Positions 1-10,374 of a stretch of DNA of 37,957 nt are shown here, one piece after another. The DNA is from an uncultured archaeon (GTDB taxonomy: Archaea; Asgardarchaeota; Heimdallarchaeia; Heimdallarchaeales; Heimdallarchaeaceae), in the NCBI GenBank assembly GCA_964549075.1, contig CAZJUB010000022.1:1-37957 (forward strand). The letters run 5' to 3'. Below the pieces are notes generated by a model. That model was not told the DNA's origin, searched no databases, and worked only from the letters and a program-made list of their open reading frames with translations. Made by a program: the position numbers and the translations under genes. The first letter of the stretch is position 1, and every line of letters starts with the position of its first letter.

Positions 1-108
1 GAGCTACCTTATTACGAGGTATCTGCTAAGGATGGAACTAATATAACAGAAATTTATTATCATTTAACTGATATGATGATTGACAAATCAGTTGAAGCAG
101 AAAAATAG
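1..108 (+). CDS. C-terminal fragment of a Ras/Rab-like small GTPase (5'-truncated by window edge)
   Basis: Frame 1 reads ELPYYEVSAKDGTNITEIYYHLTDMMIDKSVEAEK*; EVSAK-x-G-x-N matches the G5 (ETSAK) motif followed by the final helix; no C-terminal Cys/CaaX. Confidence 0.8.
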   Translation, partial: ELPYYEVSAKDGTNITEIYYHLTDMMIDKSVEAEK

Positions 109-298
109 TACCTGTTTTTCTCAATAATTTTTATTTTAATTTTCTTACCGATTATTTTATTATCAAGAAACTATCTTTTTAAACAACTTTCAAGATTATT
201 TCTTTTGTAATCTGTCATGGGGTTACATCATAAACTTTAATTTATGAGCAACTTTCGTCCAGTATAGAAGGTAAATTTGAGTATTATAGGTGAATACA

Positions 299-853
299 TT
301 GGCTGAAATCACAGATGTGAGAATTAATGGTCGTGGAGGTCAAGGTGCGGTAACTGCATCTCGTCTTCTAGCAGAAGCAGCAATTCTTGAAGGACAATAT
401 GTCCATGCTTTTCCAAATTTTGGTCCAGAAAGAGCAGGGGCACCAGTTACTTCCTTCGCTAGGATATCCCCAGAACCTTTTACTGAAAAAACAGAAGTTT
501 ATGAACCTCTGATAGTTGTAGTTATTGATCCTTCACTACTAGAAGATGTACCTGTAGCTGCAGGTTTGAAAGATGGAGGGACTATAGTCGTCAATTATGA
601 TGGTATGAAAGAGAATTTAGTGAAGTACTTCGAAGGAATACAAGCTAACATTTTCAAAGTAGATGGATCAAAAATCGCAGTAGAAGAGATAGGTAGAAAT
701 GTTCCTAATCTAGTTATGCTAGGAGCGTTAGTTAAAGTGACCGGGATTGTGAAACTTGAAAGTTTAATATCGGTTACACTCAATCGTTTTAAGGGAGTTT
801 TAGGTGAAAAGAATGAAGTTGCGATTAAAAGAGCTTATGAGGAGGTCGTATAA
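299..853 (+). CDS. porG: Pyruvate/2-oxoacid:ferredoxin oxidoreductase gamma subunit
   Basis: GRGGQGAVT, FPNFGPERAGAPV and NLVMLGA motifs; TTG at 299 preferred because the GTG at 290 lies inside the AGGTGA RBS (288-293). Confidence 0.93.
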   Translation: MAEITDVRINGRGGQGAVTASRLLAEAAILEGQYVHAFPNFGPERAGAPVTSFARISPEPFTEKTEVYEPLIVVVIDPSLLEDVPVAAGLKDGGTIVVNYDGMKENLVKYFEGIQANIFKVDGSKIAVEEIGRNVPNLVMLGALVKVTGIVKLESLISVTLNRFKGVLGEKNEVAIKRAYEEVV

Positions 854-1182
854 TGGAAAATATGATTGATAAAAAGCCACCAGAAGAATTTGAAAGATGG
901 GTAAAAGAAAAGTGGGGGAGTTCAAAGATACCAGAAGGAGGAGTAGTTCCGTATCATTCATCTTATGGATATAAGACAGGAGCTTGGAGTGCTTTCAAAG
1001 CAGTGATAGACAAAGAGAAGTGTATTAGTTGTATGAATTGTTTTTATTACTGTCCAGATTCAGCTATAATAATGGATGAAAATATGAAAGCAACCTGTGA
1101 CAAAGTTTTTTGTAAGGGTTGTGGGATCTGCTCAAAAAATTGTCCTGCAGATGCAATTGAAATGAGGAGGGTAACAAGATGA
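853..1182 (+). CDS. porD: Pyruvate/2-oxoacid:ferredoxin oxidoreductase delta subunit (2x[4Fe-4S])
   Basis: KTGAW motif; CISCMNCFYYCP and CKGCGICSKNCP ferredoxin motifs; TAATG overlap with porG and GAGGAGG RBS. Confidence 0.93.
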   Translation: MENMIDKKPPEEFERWVKEKWGSSKIPEGGVVPYHSSYGYKTGAWSAFKAVIDKEKCISCMNCFYYCPDSAIIMDENMKATCDKVFCKGCGICSKNCPADAIEMRRVTR

Positions 1183-2366
1183 GTGGAATACGAGAAGTAA
1201 AAGGAATGACTGGTGATGAAGCTATTGCTAACGCTGCTAAACTAGTAAATCCTGATGTTGTTGCAGCTTATCCAATAACTCCGCAGACAATCATTGTGGA
1301 GCACTTCAGTGATTTTGTAAGTAATGGTGAGGTTGATACAAGTTATATTCCAGTTGAATCAGAGCATAGTGCGATGTCTGCATGTGTTGGAGCTTCTTTA
1401 ACAGGAGCACGAGTATTTACAGCTAGTGCTAGTGCAGGTCTTGCACTTATGTATGAGATTCTATATGTGGCTTCAGGATTGAGGTGTCCTATTGTTTTAG
1501 CTGTTGCAAATAGAGCGTTTTCGGCTCCAATTAATATTCATGGAGAATGTACCGACCAAATGGTTTGTCGAGATGCTTCTTGGATATCACTTTTTGGAGA
1601 ATCTGCTCAAGAAGCATATGATGAAACAATTTTATCTTTCAAAATTGCAGAACATCCTGATGTTATGCTTCCGGCAATGTTTGGGGTTGAAGGTTTTATT
1701 GTAACACATGCCCTGGAAAGAGTGGAATCATTGAGCAAACAACAAGTAGAAGATTTTCTGCCAGAATCAAGAGCAGCTAAATATCGTTTTACTCCTGATG
1801 AAATTATGAGTTTTGGCTCTCTTGTTCTTCAAGATTATTATATGGAAATTAAACGCCAACAAGAAGAAGCTATGATTAAAGCTTATGATGTAACCAAGAA
1901 AGTTATGGAAGAATTTACAGAAATGTCTGGGAGAAAAATGGAAGTTATTGAAGAATATAAGTTGGAAGATGCAGAATATGCATTTATTTCATATGGAGCT
2001 ACAGCTGGAAATGCAAAAGCAGTTGTTGATAGACTCCGAAGTAAAGGAGAAAAAGCAGGAGCTTTAAAGATTAGACTGTATAGACCCTTCCCTTCACTAG
2101 ACATTCATGAAGCTTTGAGTGGAATCAAAGCAGTGAGTATTTTAGATAGATCTGCAACCTTTGGATCACCTGGAACAATACTACAGTCAGATCTATCAAC
2201 CGCTTTATACGGTAAAGAAAATGTACCTACTTTACATGGCTATATTAACGGTTTAGGCGGAAGAGTTTTAACACTACCAGAAATAGAAGAAATTTATCAA
2301 AAAACCAAAGAATACCATGATGTCGGGATGACCACGACATTAGATTGGGTAGGGTATAGGAGTTGA
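1179..2366 (+). CDS. porA: Pyruvate/2-oxoacid:ferredoxin oxidoreductase alpha subunit
   Basis: [21 protein letters not shown] and GLGGR motifs; ATGA overlap with porD. Confidence 0.93.
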   Translation: MSGIREVKGMTGDEAIANAAKLVNPDVVAAYPITPQTIIVEHFSDFVSNGEVDTSYIPVESEHSAMSACVGASLTGARVFTASASAGLALMYEILYVASGLRCPIVLAVANRAFSAPINIHGECTDQMVCRDASWISLFGESAQEAYDETILSFKIAEHPDVMLPAMFGVEGFIVTHALERVESLSKQQVEDFLPESRAAKYRFTPDEIMSFGSLVLQDYYMEIKRQQEEAMIKAYDVTKKVMEEFTEMSGRKMEVIEEYKLEDAEYAFISYGATAGNAKAVVDRLRSKGEKAGALKIRLYRPFPSLDIHEALSGIKAVSILDRSATFGSPGTILQSDLSTALYGKENVPTLHGYINGLGGRVLTLPEIEEIYQKTKEYHDVGMTTTLDWVGYRS

Positions 2367-4456
2367 GAAAGATGACATTACAATTACCAAAAGTATCTGT
2401 AAAGGACCTTCAAGAATGGTCAAAACTTGAAGAAGTTTTTACTTCGGGACATAGATTATGTGCGGGTTGTGGTGCTGGTATTATGGCAAGACAGGTGACA
2501 CTTGCAGCAAAAGCACTTGGAGACCCATATATGATAGTTAATGCGACTGGATGTTTAGAGGTTGCTTCAACTATTTATCCTTACACTGCCTGGAATGCTC
2601 CTTGGTTACACAATGCATTTGAAAATGCAGCTGCCACAGCTTCTGGTGCAATCGAAGCTATGAATGCTATGCAAAGAAAAGGTATAATGAGAGAAAAACA
2701 TGTAAATATGATAGTCTTTGGTGGAGACGGTGGGACCTATGATATCGGTCTTCAAAGTCTCTCTGGAGCTATAGAACGAGGGCATGACTTCTTGTATGTG
2801 TGCTATAACAACGGTGCTTATATGAACTGTCTTAGCCTAGATACTCATATATTAACCAAAGAGGGTTTGAAAAGAGTTACAGATCTTAAACTAGGAGAAC
2901 ATGTTTATGCAATGGATCAAAAAACTGGTGAATTAGTACTAAAAGAGTGTAGTGGTATTTATGACAATGGTATCAAAGAAGTTTATGAAGTGATGACTCA
3001 CCATCATAGCATAAAGACAACAAAAAATCATCCATTTTTAACAGTTCAACGAAGTAAAATTAAGGAAGAGAATAAACTTGTGTGGAAAACTCTTGAAGAA
3101 CTCCAAATAGGCGATGAAATAGTAGTTCTTAGAAAATTAGATGAAGGAAAGAGCTACACTTTCAAGGAAATAGAACTCTCACAGCTGGGTGATTACAAGG
3201 TTAATAAACTGAATGAAGCTAAGATACCAGAAAAGAGTTCTCCTGATCTTATGGAATTTTTCGGTTTATTTATTGGTGATGGTTGGGTTAGACCACATAA
3301 AGCTGAAGTTGGATTTTCTCTCCCAGAAGAAACAGAGGGAAGAAAAAGGTTAGTGGAGTTATCAAAGAAGCTTTTTGATTTAACACCTTCTGAAAGCAGT
3401 AAAGATGATGTTTACATCTATTCTGTAAACTTAGCTAAATTTGTTGATTCACTAGAGATAGGAAAAGGTGCAAGAAATAAGAAAATCCCATCATGGATGT
3501 TTAAACTTCCTTATAAAGAAAAGGAAAGCTTGATAAAAGGTTTACTTCTATCAGATGGTTATTTAATTGGTAATAGTAACAGATATGTTTCTGCTAGTTT
3601 TGAACTCCTTAAGACATTAAGATTACTCCTACAAACCATAAACTATAGAGTAGGTAAGATTCATACTCAAAAGAAGAAAAAGGGAACCTTTGTTGTTTAT
3701 AGAAAGTTACTAGAAGACAGTTCATATGGCTATATCTGCTTTAGTAAAAGAGCAGAACCAAATATAAAGAAATATCTTTCTCAAACAAAACAGAGAGACT
3801 TTTTAGCAGACAATATGAACTTCAGAACTGAAAAAATTATTTCTATAGAATATGTTAGAGCTGAGCCTACAATTGATCTTAGAGTTGAAGAAGAACACAA
3901 CTTTATTGCTGATGGTATAGTTGTTCATAATACAGGCATTCAACGATCAGGTGGTACACCTCAAGGAGCTGCAACGACTACTACTCCTGCTGGATCTGTT
4001 ATACCTGGTAAAATCCAATGGCAAAAACCATTAGCAGAAATTATGGCTGGACACGATATTCCGACCTTTACTGCTAGTCCTGCTTACCCTAGAGACTTAA
4101 TGGCTAAAGTTCAAGCTGGTCTTAAATTTGAAGGTCCTGCTTTTATGTTAGTAGATTCTTCTTGTAACTTAGGACAAAGATATCCTCCAGATCAAGCAAT
4201 AGAGGTTTCCAAATTAGCTGTTAAAACTTGTTTCTTCCCTCTTTACTATACTTGCAAAGATGAATGGATTTTAACTGGTATCTCTGCTCGTATAGCTAAA
4301 GATCCAGAAAGAAAACTTCCTGTAGAGGATTATCTTAAACCTCAAGGAAGGTTTAGACATCTGTTTAAACCTGAATGGAAAAAGAAAATGATACAAATAC
4401 AAGATGAAGTAGATGAGAAGTGGAATCGTTTAGTTAGGAAAGCTTCTCTTCATTAA
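2363..4456 (+). CDS. porB: Pyruvate/2-oxoacid:ferredoxin oxidoreductase beta subunit precursor, intein-containing
   Basis: [26 protein letters not shown]...[14 protein letters not shown] (TPP motif split by intein), [11 protein letters not shown]; start may be ATG at 2372. Confidence 0.93.
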   Translation: MRKMTLQLPKVSVKDLQEWSKLEEVFTSGHRLCAGCGAGIMARQVTLAAKALGDPYMIVNATGCLEVASTIYPYTAWNAPWLHNAFENAAATASGAIEAMNAMQRKGIMREKHVNMIVFGGDGGTYDIGLQSLSGAIERGHDFLYVCYNNGAYMNCLSLDTHILTKEGLKRVTDLKLGEHVYAMDQKTGELVLKECSGIYDNGIKEVYEVMTHHHSIKTTKNHPFLTVQRSKIKEENKLVWKTLEELQIGDEIVVLRKLDEGKSYTFKEIELSQLGDYKVNKLNEAKIPEKSSPDLMEFFGLFIGDGWVRPHKAEVGFSLPEETEGRKRLVELSKKLFDLTPSESSKDDVYIYSVNLAKFVDSLEIGKGARNKKIPSWMFKLPYKEKESLIKGLLLSDGYLIGNSNRYVSASFELLKTLRLLLQTINYRVGKIHTQKKKKGTFVVYRKLLEDSSYGYICFSKRAEPNIKKYLSQTKQRDFLADNMNFRTEKIISIEYVRAEPTIDLRVEEEHNFIADGIVVHNTGIQRSGGTPQGAATTTTPAGSVIPGKIQWQKPLAEIMAGHDIPTFTASPAYPRDLMAKVQAGLKFEGPAFMLVDSSCNLGQRYPPDQAIEVSKLAVKTCFFPLYYTCKDEWILTGISARIAKDPERKLPVEDYLKPQGRFRHLFKPEWKKKMIQIQDEVDEKWNRLVRKASLH
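2828..3931 (+). mobile_element. Intein with LAGLIDADG homing endonuclease (368 aa) in porB
   Basis: Starts CLSLDT, block B TKNHPF, LAGLIDADG-like blocks FFGLFIGDG and [10 protein letters not shown], ends [12 protein letters not shown] followed by +1 Thr; removal restores YMN-TGIQRS. Confidence 0.95.
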
Positions 4457-6107
4457 TCTTGCTCTTTTTTCCTCTTTTTCTTGAAGACCATTTTTTTTCT
4501 AAAGTTTGTTTTGTTGTGAAAGTAAAAGTGCGATATTCTTCATTGATAAAAAGTTTCAAGTCTTTGTAGTTGTTTACATCAAATAAAGCATAATGTATTT
4601 CTATGTTGAATAATAATATCATTGTTAATGCTAGTAGAGAAGTATAGAAAATATGTAACCATTTAACATTGAAAATGATCCAGATGTTTAAAACAAAAAT
4701 CCACATAAATACACAACTGAAAATAAAAAAACTGAAAAGACTCATATAAACCTGTGTTGTTTCCTTTGAGAAAAATGATCCTATTTTTTGTTTTTTCTTT
4801 TTCACCGTATCTATATCTTTATTTTTTAGAAATAAATTTGAGACTCTTTTAGAGAATTTTATGATCTTGATGTCCAGAGTTTCCCCCCAACACGCTAAAG
4901 CGATAATCACGAAAGGAATGAAATATGAGTCATAGTACTTGTAATTCCCTCTAGATAAGAAGATATGGCTTCCAATTGTAAACATTGCAGTATAAGAGAA
5001 AAGGTTAATTTTATCTTGTCTCATTTTTTTTGCAGATAATAACATTACACAACAGCAAATAAAAACAAAAATTAACAATGGTAAATACATTTGGTTAGCA
5101 TCTTTGTACAAAACTGCTGCATTATACCAGAAAGTTCTTCCTGTCTCTTGATACCGATATAAAAACGCATGAAACGGTGTTGTAGACCAGAGGATATGGT
5201 CACCATCTATACCAAAATGTGTATTTTCAGTACCTCCAGGCCATAATTGCTGAATAAAATATCGTATCGGTGATATAACTAACCAAGGCAATGACAAAAC
5301 AACATATGTTATGATACCTATTATGAGATATTCTACACCTTTTCTAAAATTGTTTCGAGCAACATAAACCAACCAGAGAGGAGCCAAAAATAATGCATTA
5401 AGTTTTGTTAAGATAGCTATTGTAAGAAAGATAGCTGATTGTTTATGTTTTTCTCTACTGAGAAAATAAATAGAAATGACTGTAAATGTTGTAAACATAT
5501 AGGTGTTCAAGTAAAGTGTATCATTATAAAAAAGCACAATAGGCATAAAGATGAACATAATTGAAGCAAGAAGAGAATAGACTTGATTCATAATATTTCT
5601 CTTTCTATCATCCTTCTTCTTTCGCAAAATAAGATATATAAACACTGTAGTTATTGAATCAAAGATAATTGGAGCAGAGACAACAGAAAGCCAGGTTTTT
5701 TGAGAAATTGTCATACCTGGGAAAATAATATCAATAAAAACAGAGATTATAGTCAAACCATAAACAAATATTGGACCATATACATATCCACTTAATGGAA
5801 AACCTCTATCTAAGAGATAAGGATTCCATTGCTCGTATTTGAATGCATTTAGATACTTAACATAATATGTTTGAGCATCAGGAAAAATTTCCCAGGTATA
5901 TGCCTCTGGATTGTTATAACTATAATAAAGAGCATTTTGAATAGATACAGAAAGATCATAGTTAGCATAAAACCATTCTCGAATGTAAATTCTAATAGCA
6001 ATTGAAATGGTAAATAGAACTATAACTACTGAGGTTTGAAAAAGTATGTTTTTCCAATCTTTTTCCAATTGTTTTTTAGCTTTTTCAAGCACTCTTAAGT
6101 TAGGCAC
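4434..6107 (-). CDS. Polytopic membrane glycosyltransferase, GT-C fold (GT87/PIG-M-like mannosyltransferase)
   Basis: About 11-13 hydrophobic segments; PD..YY and YVYGP in first external loop, AILTK motif; overlaps porB 3' end convergently by 23 nt. Confidence 0.6.
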   Translation of the reverse strand: MPNLRVLEKAKKQLEKDWKNILFQTSVVIVLFTISIAIRIYIREWFYANYDLSVSIQNALYYSYNNPEAYTWEIFPDAQTYYVKYLNAFKYEQWNPYLLDRGFPLSGYVYGPIFVYGLTIISVFIDIIFPGMTISQKTWLSVVSAPIIFDSITTVFIYLILRKKKDDRKRNIMNQVYSLLASIMFIFMPIVLFYNDTLYLNTYMFTTFTVISIYFLSREKHKQSAIFLTIAILTKLNALFLAPLWLVYVARNNFRKGVEYLIIGIITYVVLSLPWLVISPIRYFIQQLWPGGTENTHFGIDGDHILWSTTPFHAFLYRYQETGRTFWYNAAVLYKDANQMYLPLLIFVFICCCVMLLSAKKMRQDKINLFSYTAMFTIGSHIFLSRGNYKYYDSYFIPFVIIALACWGETLDIKIIKFSKRVSNLFLKNKDIDTVKKKKQKIGSFFSKETTQVYMSLFSFFIFSCVFMWIFVLNIWIIFNVKWLHIFYTSLLALTMILLFNIEIHYALFDVNNYKDLKLFINEEYRTFTFTTKQTLEKKWSSRKRGKKSKINEEKLS

Positions 6108-6233
6108 AATATACCCATTTCAAATGTATTGTTAAATTTTACCTAATAGAACTTGAGTATAAAAACTCCAAAGAAATTTCCTGACATGCAAGTAAACTGC
6201 AATGAAATTGAACACTTTTAAAAGTTCTTACAC

Positions 6234-6299
6234 ATTCCTTCCTCTGGCAAGGCTTATCCATTCGTGGCATGCTTCATAACCGGATAAGGGAGGGAGAAT
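6234..6299. ncRNA. Candidate structured RNA or cis-element (unassigned)
   Basis: GC-rich island in AT-rich intergenic DNA; CTTATCC(6253-6259)/GGATAAG(6282-6288) and CCTTCC(6237-6242)/GGAGGG(6289-6294) nested stems; TTTTAAAA upstream near 6216-6223. Confidence 0.35.
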
Positions 6300-6345
6300 T
6301 ATCACCTTTCACGGATAGTTTTATATTTGTCTTTATTTTGTATTC

Positions 6346-8196
6346 TTGTATTATATGAATAATCATTCTCTATCTAAAAAGACTACTGGTTCATTTTATA
6401 CACCTACTTACATAGTAGATTTTATGGTGGACCGAATTTTTTACTACCTTAATTTGGAAGGACATATGTCTATGAAGTCGTTTCAAACATTCAAAAAATC
6501 ACTCAATAACTTGACTTTTTGTGATCCTTCTTTAGGTAATGGGAATTTTATAATAGGTGTTTTAAAACGAATTTGGAATGATTTAAAGACATTTACTACA
6601 ATAAGACCAGAGAACAAGAATGCTTTCTTTAGAAATTTTTTTGAACATAATATCTATGGTATAGAGTTAAATCCTAAAGCACTGGAAGAATGTAAAGAGA
6701 AAATAATTTTCTTTTTTCCAATCTTATATAATTGCTCACCTGATAACCTCAAAATTGGTAATAGCATAGTTGACACAGATTCCATTGAAATATTAGCACC
6801 TGAGGATGCTGAAAAAATAAGATCTTTTAATTGGATTGAGCAGTTTAAACCAAGAACTACTTTTGATGTCATAATCGGAAATCCTCCTTATTATAATCTT
6901 AAGAAAATGGCTCTTATAGACCAAAATGCGAAAATACTTTTTCATTACTTAAAAACTTCTAACATATGGAGCGATTATCATCGCTCTTCTTCAGATATAT
7001 ATTACTATTTCATCTTTCAAGCTTTCAAATACCTATCTGATGGAGGTTTACTCTCTTTTATACTCCCTAATTATTGGATAGAAAATAAATATGCTGATAT
7101 TCTGCGAGAGAAAATTTCTGAAAAACAAATTCTTGAGCTTCTAGATTTAAGCAATTTTAAAATTTTCAAAGATAATAGTCGATGGCTTAACATTACAAAT
7201 TGCATTACACTGATTCAAAATAGTTCTCCAACACATGAAGTCAAAATTGCTCGAAATATTCCCAAAATGATTTTAGAAAATTACAAAAAAGAGAAAAATT
7301 CTATAGACAGGTACTTTTTTGAGATTGAACATACGAATTTAAATAAGGAAAAATGGATCCTTTCTCCAAATTTGCCTTTTCTTAAAAAACTAGAAGATAA
7401 AGGTAGAATTACAACACTCGATAGTGAAGCTAAAATCTTCCAAGGAATGTCTCCAGGAGTCAAGGATATTTTTGTTATGTCACAATCTAAGGCTAGAGAA
7501 TTAATGCTCGAAAAAGATGTTTTAGTTCCTTTTATTACTAATAGTGGTATTAAAAGATGGATAATAGATACTAACAGCTTAAAAGCTGCAATTCTTCCTT
7601 CACAAATAAGTGACCTCAATAATTATCCAAATGTGAAAAACTATCTAGAACACAATTGCGAGAAATTATTAGCAGGACCAGATAGAGAAAGGTTACTTTT
7701 AAAAGAGAAAATAAGATGGTTTGATTATAGTGTTTATAGAAATCTAGAGGCTTTCAATAATAATAAAGAGAAGATTATGGTTCCTTACAGAAGCTTAACT
7801 CCTCGTTTTGGTCTTGATGAAAATTGCACATTTGGAGCAACTGATATATATGCTATTCTCCCAAAAAATCACGATGATTTACATTTTCTTTTAGGTATTT
7901 TGAATAGTGAAATTGTTCATTTTTGGTACACCGAAGCAGGTAAGAGAAAAGGTAAAATGTTGGAGTTTTTTAGTGATCCATTAAAAAATGTCCCCATACC
8001 AAAAACTGATGAAAAAAAGACATTATCAGCTATTGTAAAAGATTTAATCAGAGCATCAAAAAATTCTTCACTTAACAAAAAATGTTTCTCTAATCTTGAA
8101 GAAGAATTGAATATTGAGGTTGCTCGATTATATGGTGTTGACTACACTTATTTCAGAAACAAAATTTTCTTTAAAAGTAATAATTCAAACAAATGA
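6346..8196 (+). CDS. N6-adenine DNA methyltransferase, Eco57I/TaqI-like (gamma class) with C-terminal target-recognition domain
   Basis: GSFYTP, DPSLGNGNF (motif I), YGIE, IIGNPPY (motif IV), LLGILNS in TaqI_C-like region; start may be ATG 6355. Confidence 0.88.
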   Translation: MYYMNNHSLSKKTTGSFYTPTYIVDFMVDRIFYYLNLEGHMSMKSFQTFKKSLNNLTFCDPSLGNGNFIIGVLKRIWNDLKTFTTIRPENKNAFFRNFFEHNIYGIELNPKALEECKEKIIFFFPILYNCSPDNLKIGNSIVDTDSIEILAPEDAEKIRSFNWIEQFKPRTTFDVIIGNPPYYNLKKMALIDQNAKILFHYLKTSNIWSDYHRSSSDIYYYFIFQAFKYLSDGGLLSFILPNYWIENKYADILREKISEKQILELLDLSNFKIFKDNSRWLNITNCITLIQNSSPTHEVKIARNIPKMILENYKKEKNSIDRYFFEIEHTNLNKEKWILSPNLPFLKKLEDKGRITTLDSEAKIFQGMSPGVKDIFVMSQSKARELMLEKDVLVPFITNSGIKRWIIDTNSLKAAILPSQISDLNNYPNVKNYLEHNCEKLLAGPDRERLLLKEKIRWFDYSVYRNLEAFNNNKEKIMVPYRSLTPRFGLDENCTFGATDIYAILPKNHDDLHFLLGILNSEIVHFWYTEAGKRKGKMLEFFSDPLKNVPIPKTDEKKTLSAIVKDLIRASKNSSLNKKCFSNLEEELNIEVARLYGVDYTYFRNKIFFKSNNSNK

Positions 8197-8988
8197 ACAT
8201 ATTAACCGCCATTCATCATAGCCTGCTAAATACAATCTTACATCAGGAAAATTTAATTCTTTAAGAACTAAATAGACTAATGCTGATTGAGGTGCAGACT
8301 CACAAAAAACAACTATGTTCTTATCAGGTGTTATTTGTCGAGCTTCAAGTTCTGCAAAAAGAAGTTCTTTATCTCTTATAATAAAATAATCTGGCTTTTC
8401 TTCGAATAAATCTAAATACCAAAAATGTATGGCTCCAGGAATACTTCCACCTTGTTGATCTAAGAGTAAAGCATACTCTGATCTATTGTCAACGAATGTG
8501 TATTTTCCTGTATGTAGATCAATAAGTATTTCGTCTTTGGTGATTAGGATATTTTCATTTGTTTCTTTTAGTTCGATATTACCTCTAGGAAATTTAACAA
8601 GTTCTGTTGTCAGCTCATTTTCTTCCTTCTCCCATTTAGAGTAGGCTCCATCAAGAAGAATAACATCGTTGAAACCAAAATAATGAAGAGTCCATGCAGC
8701 TAAAGAACAGTTTAGATTGAAAACATCATCAACTAAAATTAGTTTATCATCTTGATTTATACCTTTTTCTTGGAGATAGTGACTAAGCTTATTTCTATCT
8801 GGAATAATGTTAATGCCATCTTCATCTTGTTGAGTGAAATAATTATTGTCAATATGTATGGAATTTTTTATGTGTCCTTTGTCAAATTTATGTTGCTCCC
8901 TCAAATCTAGAATTTTATACTGATTCATATAGTTATTTGATTTGATTTCAGCTATGGAAACAAAATTCCTAAACTTAGTTTCACTCAT
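8185..8988 (-). CDS. Tandem-domain rhodanese/sulfurtransferase
   Basis: LDLR..F..GHI, LDGAYSKW, DNRS, GSIPGA, active-site VFCESAPQS, YLAGYDEW. Confidence 0.88.
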   Translation of the reverse strand: MSETKFRNFVSIAEIKSNNYMNQYKILDLREQHKFDKGHIKNSIHIDNNYFTQQDEDGINIIPDRNKLSHYLQEKGINQDDKLILVDDVFNLNCSLAAWTLHYFGFNDVILLDGAYSKWEKEENELTTELVKFPRGNIELKETNENILITKDEILIDLHTGKYTFVDNRSEYALLLDQQGGSIPGAIHFWYLDLFEEKPDYFIIRDKELLFAELEARQITPDKNIVVFCESAPQSALVYLVLKELNFPDVRLYLAGYDEWRLICSFV

Positions 8989-9033
8989 CTATTATTATAA
9001 ATATGAGGTTCAAATAATAATCTTGTCCTAGTA

Positions 9034-9999
9034 CTAGTCCTTGAGTTTCGCTAACGTCCCTGCGTATATGAGAGGTAAAGCGATAGTGATATCTGAAACA
9101 ACATTTACCATTGTACTATGAGCACCAACTTTTCCCCAAGAAATTGCTTCGTTTAAAGAAGCTCCAGATAATCCTCCTGTTTCGACTCTATCCATCGTTA
9201 TTTGAATAGCATAATCAAATGTTTTTGGAGACATGAGTCTTGATTGAAAGATATAATTTTTAGGTACTCCTCCACCTAAAAATAAGACTCCAGCTTTTTC
9301 TGCATCTCTTGCTATGCGTTGTATTTTTCCTAAATCGTCCATAGAATCTATTAAAGTGCGATTCATTTGAGAAAATAACCATAATTGTAAACCAAGCACA
9401 CTGTCACTTAATGCAGGAATAAATATAGGAATATTTTTTTCATAAGCAGCTCTTACAAATGAATTTGAATCATCTAATCGTTTCCCGATTTGGAATAATA
9501 AATCACTGGTAGAAATAGCTAATGTTTTGTTTTCATCTTTAAATTCTTCCCAAATCTCTCGATAAATCGGTTGTATTTTGTCTTCTAGTTTTCCAAATGA
9601 ATCATCAGCTACGAATGCATCATAAATCCGGTCAATCGATTTGTTCCTTAATTCAACATCTGATTCGTAGGGAATATCTTTGACGTGTTGTCCACCAACA
9701 GCTTCGATGATGTCATGGGTTGCATTTGCACCAGTGGATACTATTACATGTACCATTTCATTTTTAATCATGTTTGTTAGTATTTTCCTCATACCACCAG
9801 GAACCAAAGCTCCTGCTACTCCCAGAAATACAGTTGCTTTTTCTTTTAACATATTAGAGTAAATATTTACTGCTTTGGCAATTCTCCCTGGACCAAAAAC
9901 GCCAGCTTGATCAAATTGTGTTATTATCTCGTTAATAGAAGATAAATCATCAATATCAATCGGATTTATTCTAGAAGGATGATTTTGTTTAGGATTCAT
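9034..9999 (-). CDS. dys: Deoxyhypusine synthase
   Basis: STGANATHD, DRIYD, GGGVPKN, TGGLSGA, EAISWGK (catalytic Lys). Confidence 0.93.
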   Translation of the reverse strand: MNPKQNHPSRINPIDIDDLSSINEIITQFDQAGVFGPGRIAKAVNIYSNMLKEKATVFLGVAGALVPGGMRKILTNMIKNEMVHVIVSTGANATHDIIEAVGGQHVKDIPYESDVELRNKSIDRIYDAFVADDSFGKLEDKIQPIYREIWEEFKDENKTLAISTSDLLFQIGKRLDDSNSFVRAAYEKNIPIFIPALSDSVLGLQLWLFSQMNRTLIDSMDDLGKIQRIARDAEKAGVLFLGGGVPKNYIFQSRLMSPKTFDYAIQITMDRVETGGLSGASLNEAISWGKVGAHSTMVNVVSDITIALPLIYAGTLAKLKD

Positions 10000-10012
10000 C
10001 TAACTCAGTTGT

Positions 10013-10309
10013 CTAAGAGTCACTCCCCTCTTTAGCCTTTTCGATAAGTAATTCTATCTCTTTAGCTCTAAAAGGTGATTCTTCAAGTTCTGTGTGGTCT
10101 ATAGGGCATATATATCGAATTTCATCTGCAACTTGAATAGATCCTAGAGGAAGTTTGCAGATGTATACTCTTCCACAAGCCCTACAATAAAAAGTAGACC
10201 TAGTAGCTTCTTCAAAAATTGCAACATCTGCATCGATAGCACAAGTTGGACATGGAAACATGCATATAGTGGGTCTGTAGGACGTTTTTTTCGACATTAA
10301 ACTCATCAA
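10013..10309 (-). CDS. Small zinc-ribbon protein
   Basis: CPTC, CRAC and CPxDH motifs. Confidence 0.6.
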   Translation of the reverse strand: MMSLMSKKTSYRPTICMFPCPTCAIDADVAIFEEATRSTFYCRACGRVYICKLPLGSIQVADEIRYICPIDHTELEESPFRAKEIELLIEKAKEGSDS

Positions 10310-10374
10310 TTTCAGATTTTTGATTTATGTAGTATATTTAATAATGATTTATTAAATTTGTCTGTCTATTCTCA

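Noticed and set aside
6260-6281. Minus-strand AUGA...GA resembling a SECIS/K-turn core
   Set aside because: Upper stem is too short, and no adjacent gene has an in-frame TGA
6253-6288. CTTATC...GATAAG upstream of a SAM-dependent methyltransferase, resembling P1 of a SAM-I riboswitch
   Set aside because: Only about 22 nt are enclosed; no room for P2-P4 and the AGAG, GCAACC and GUGC core elements are absent
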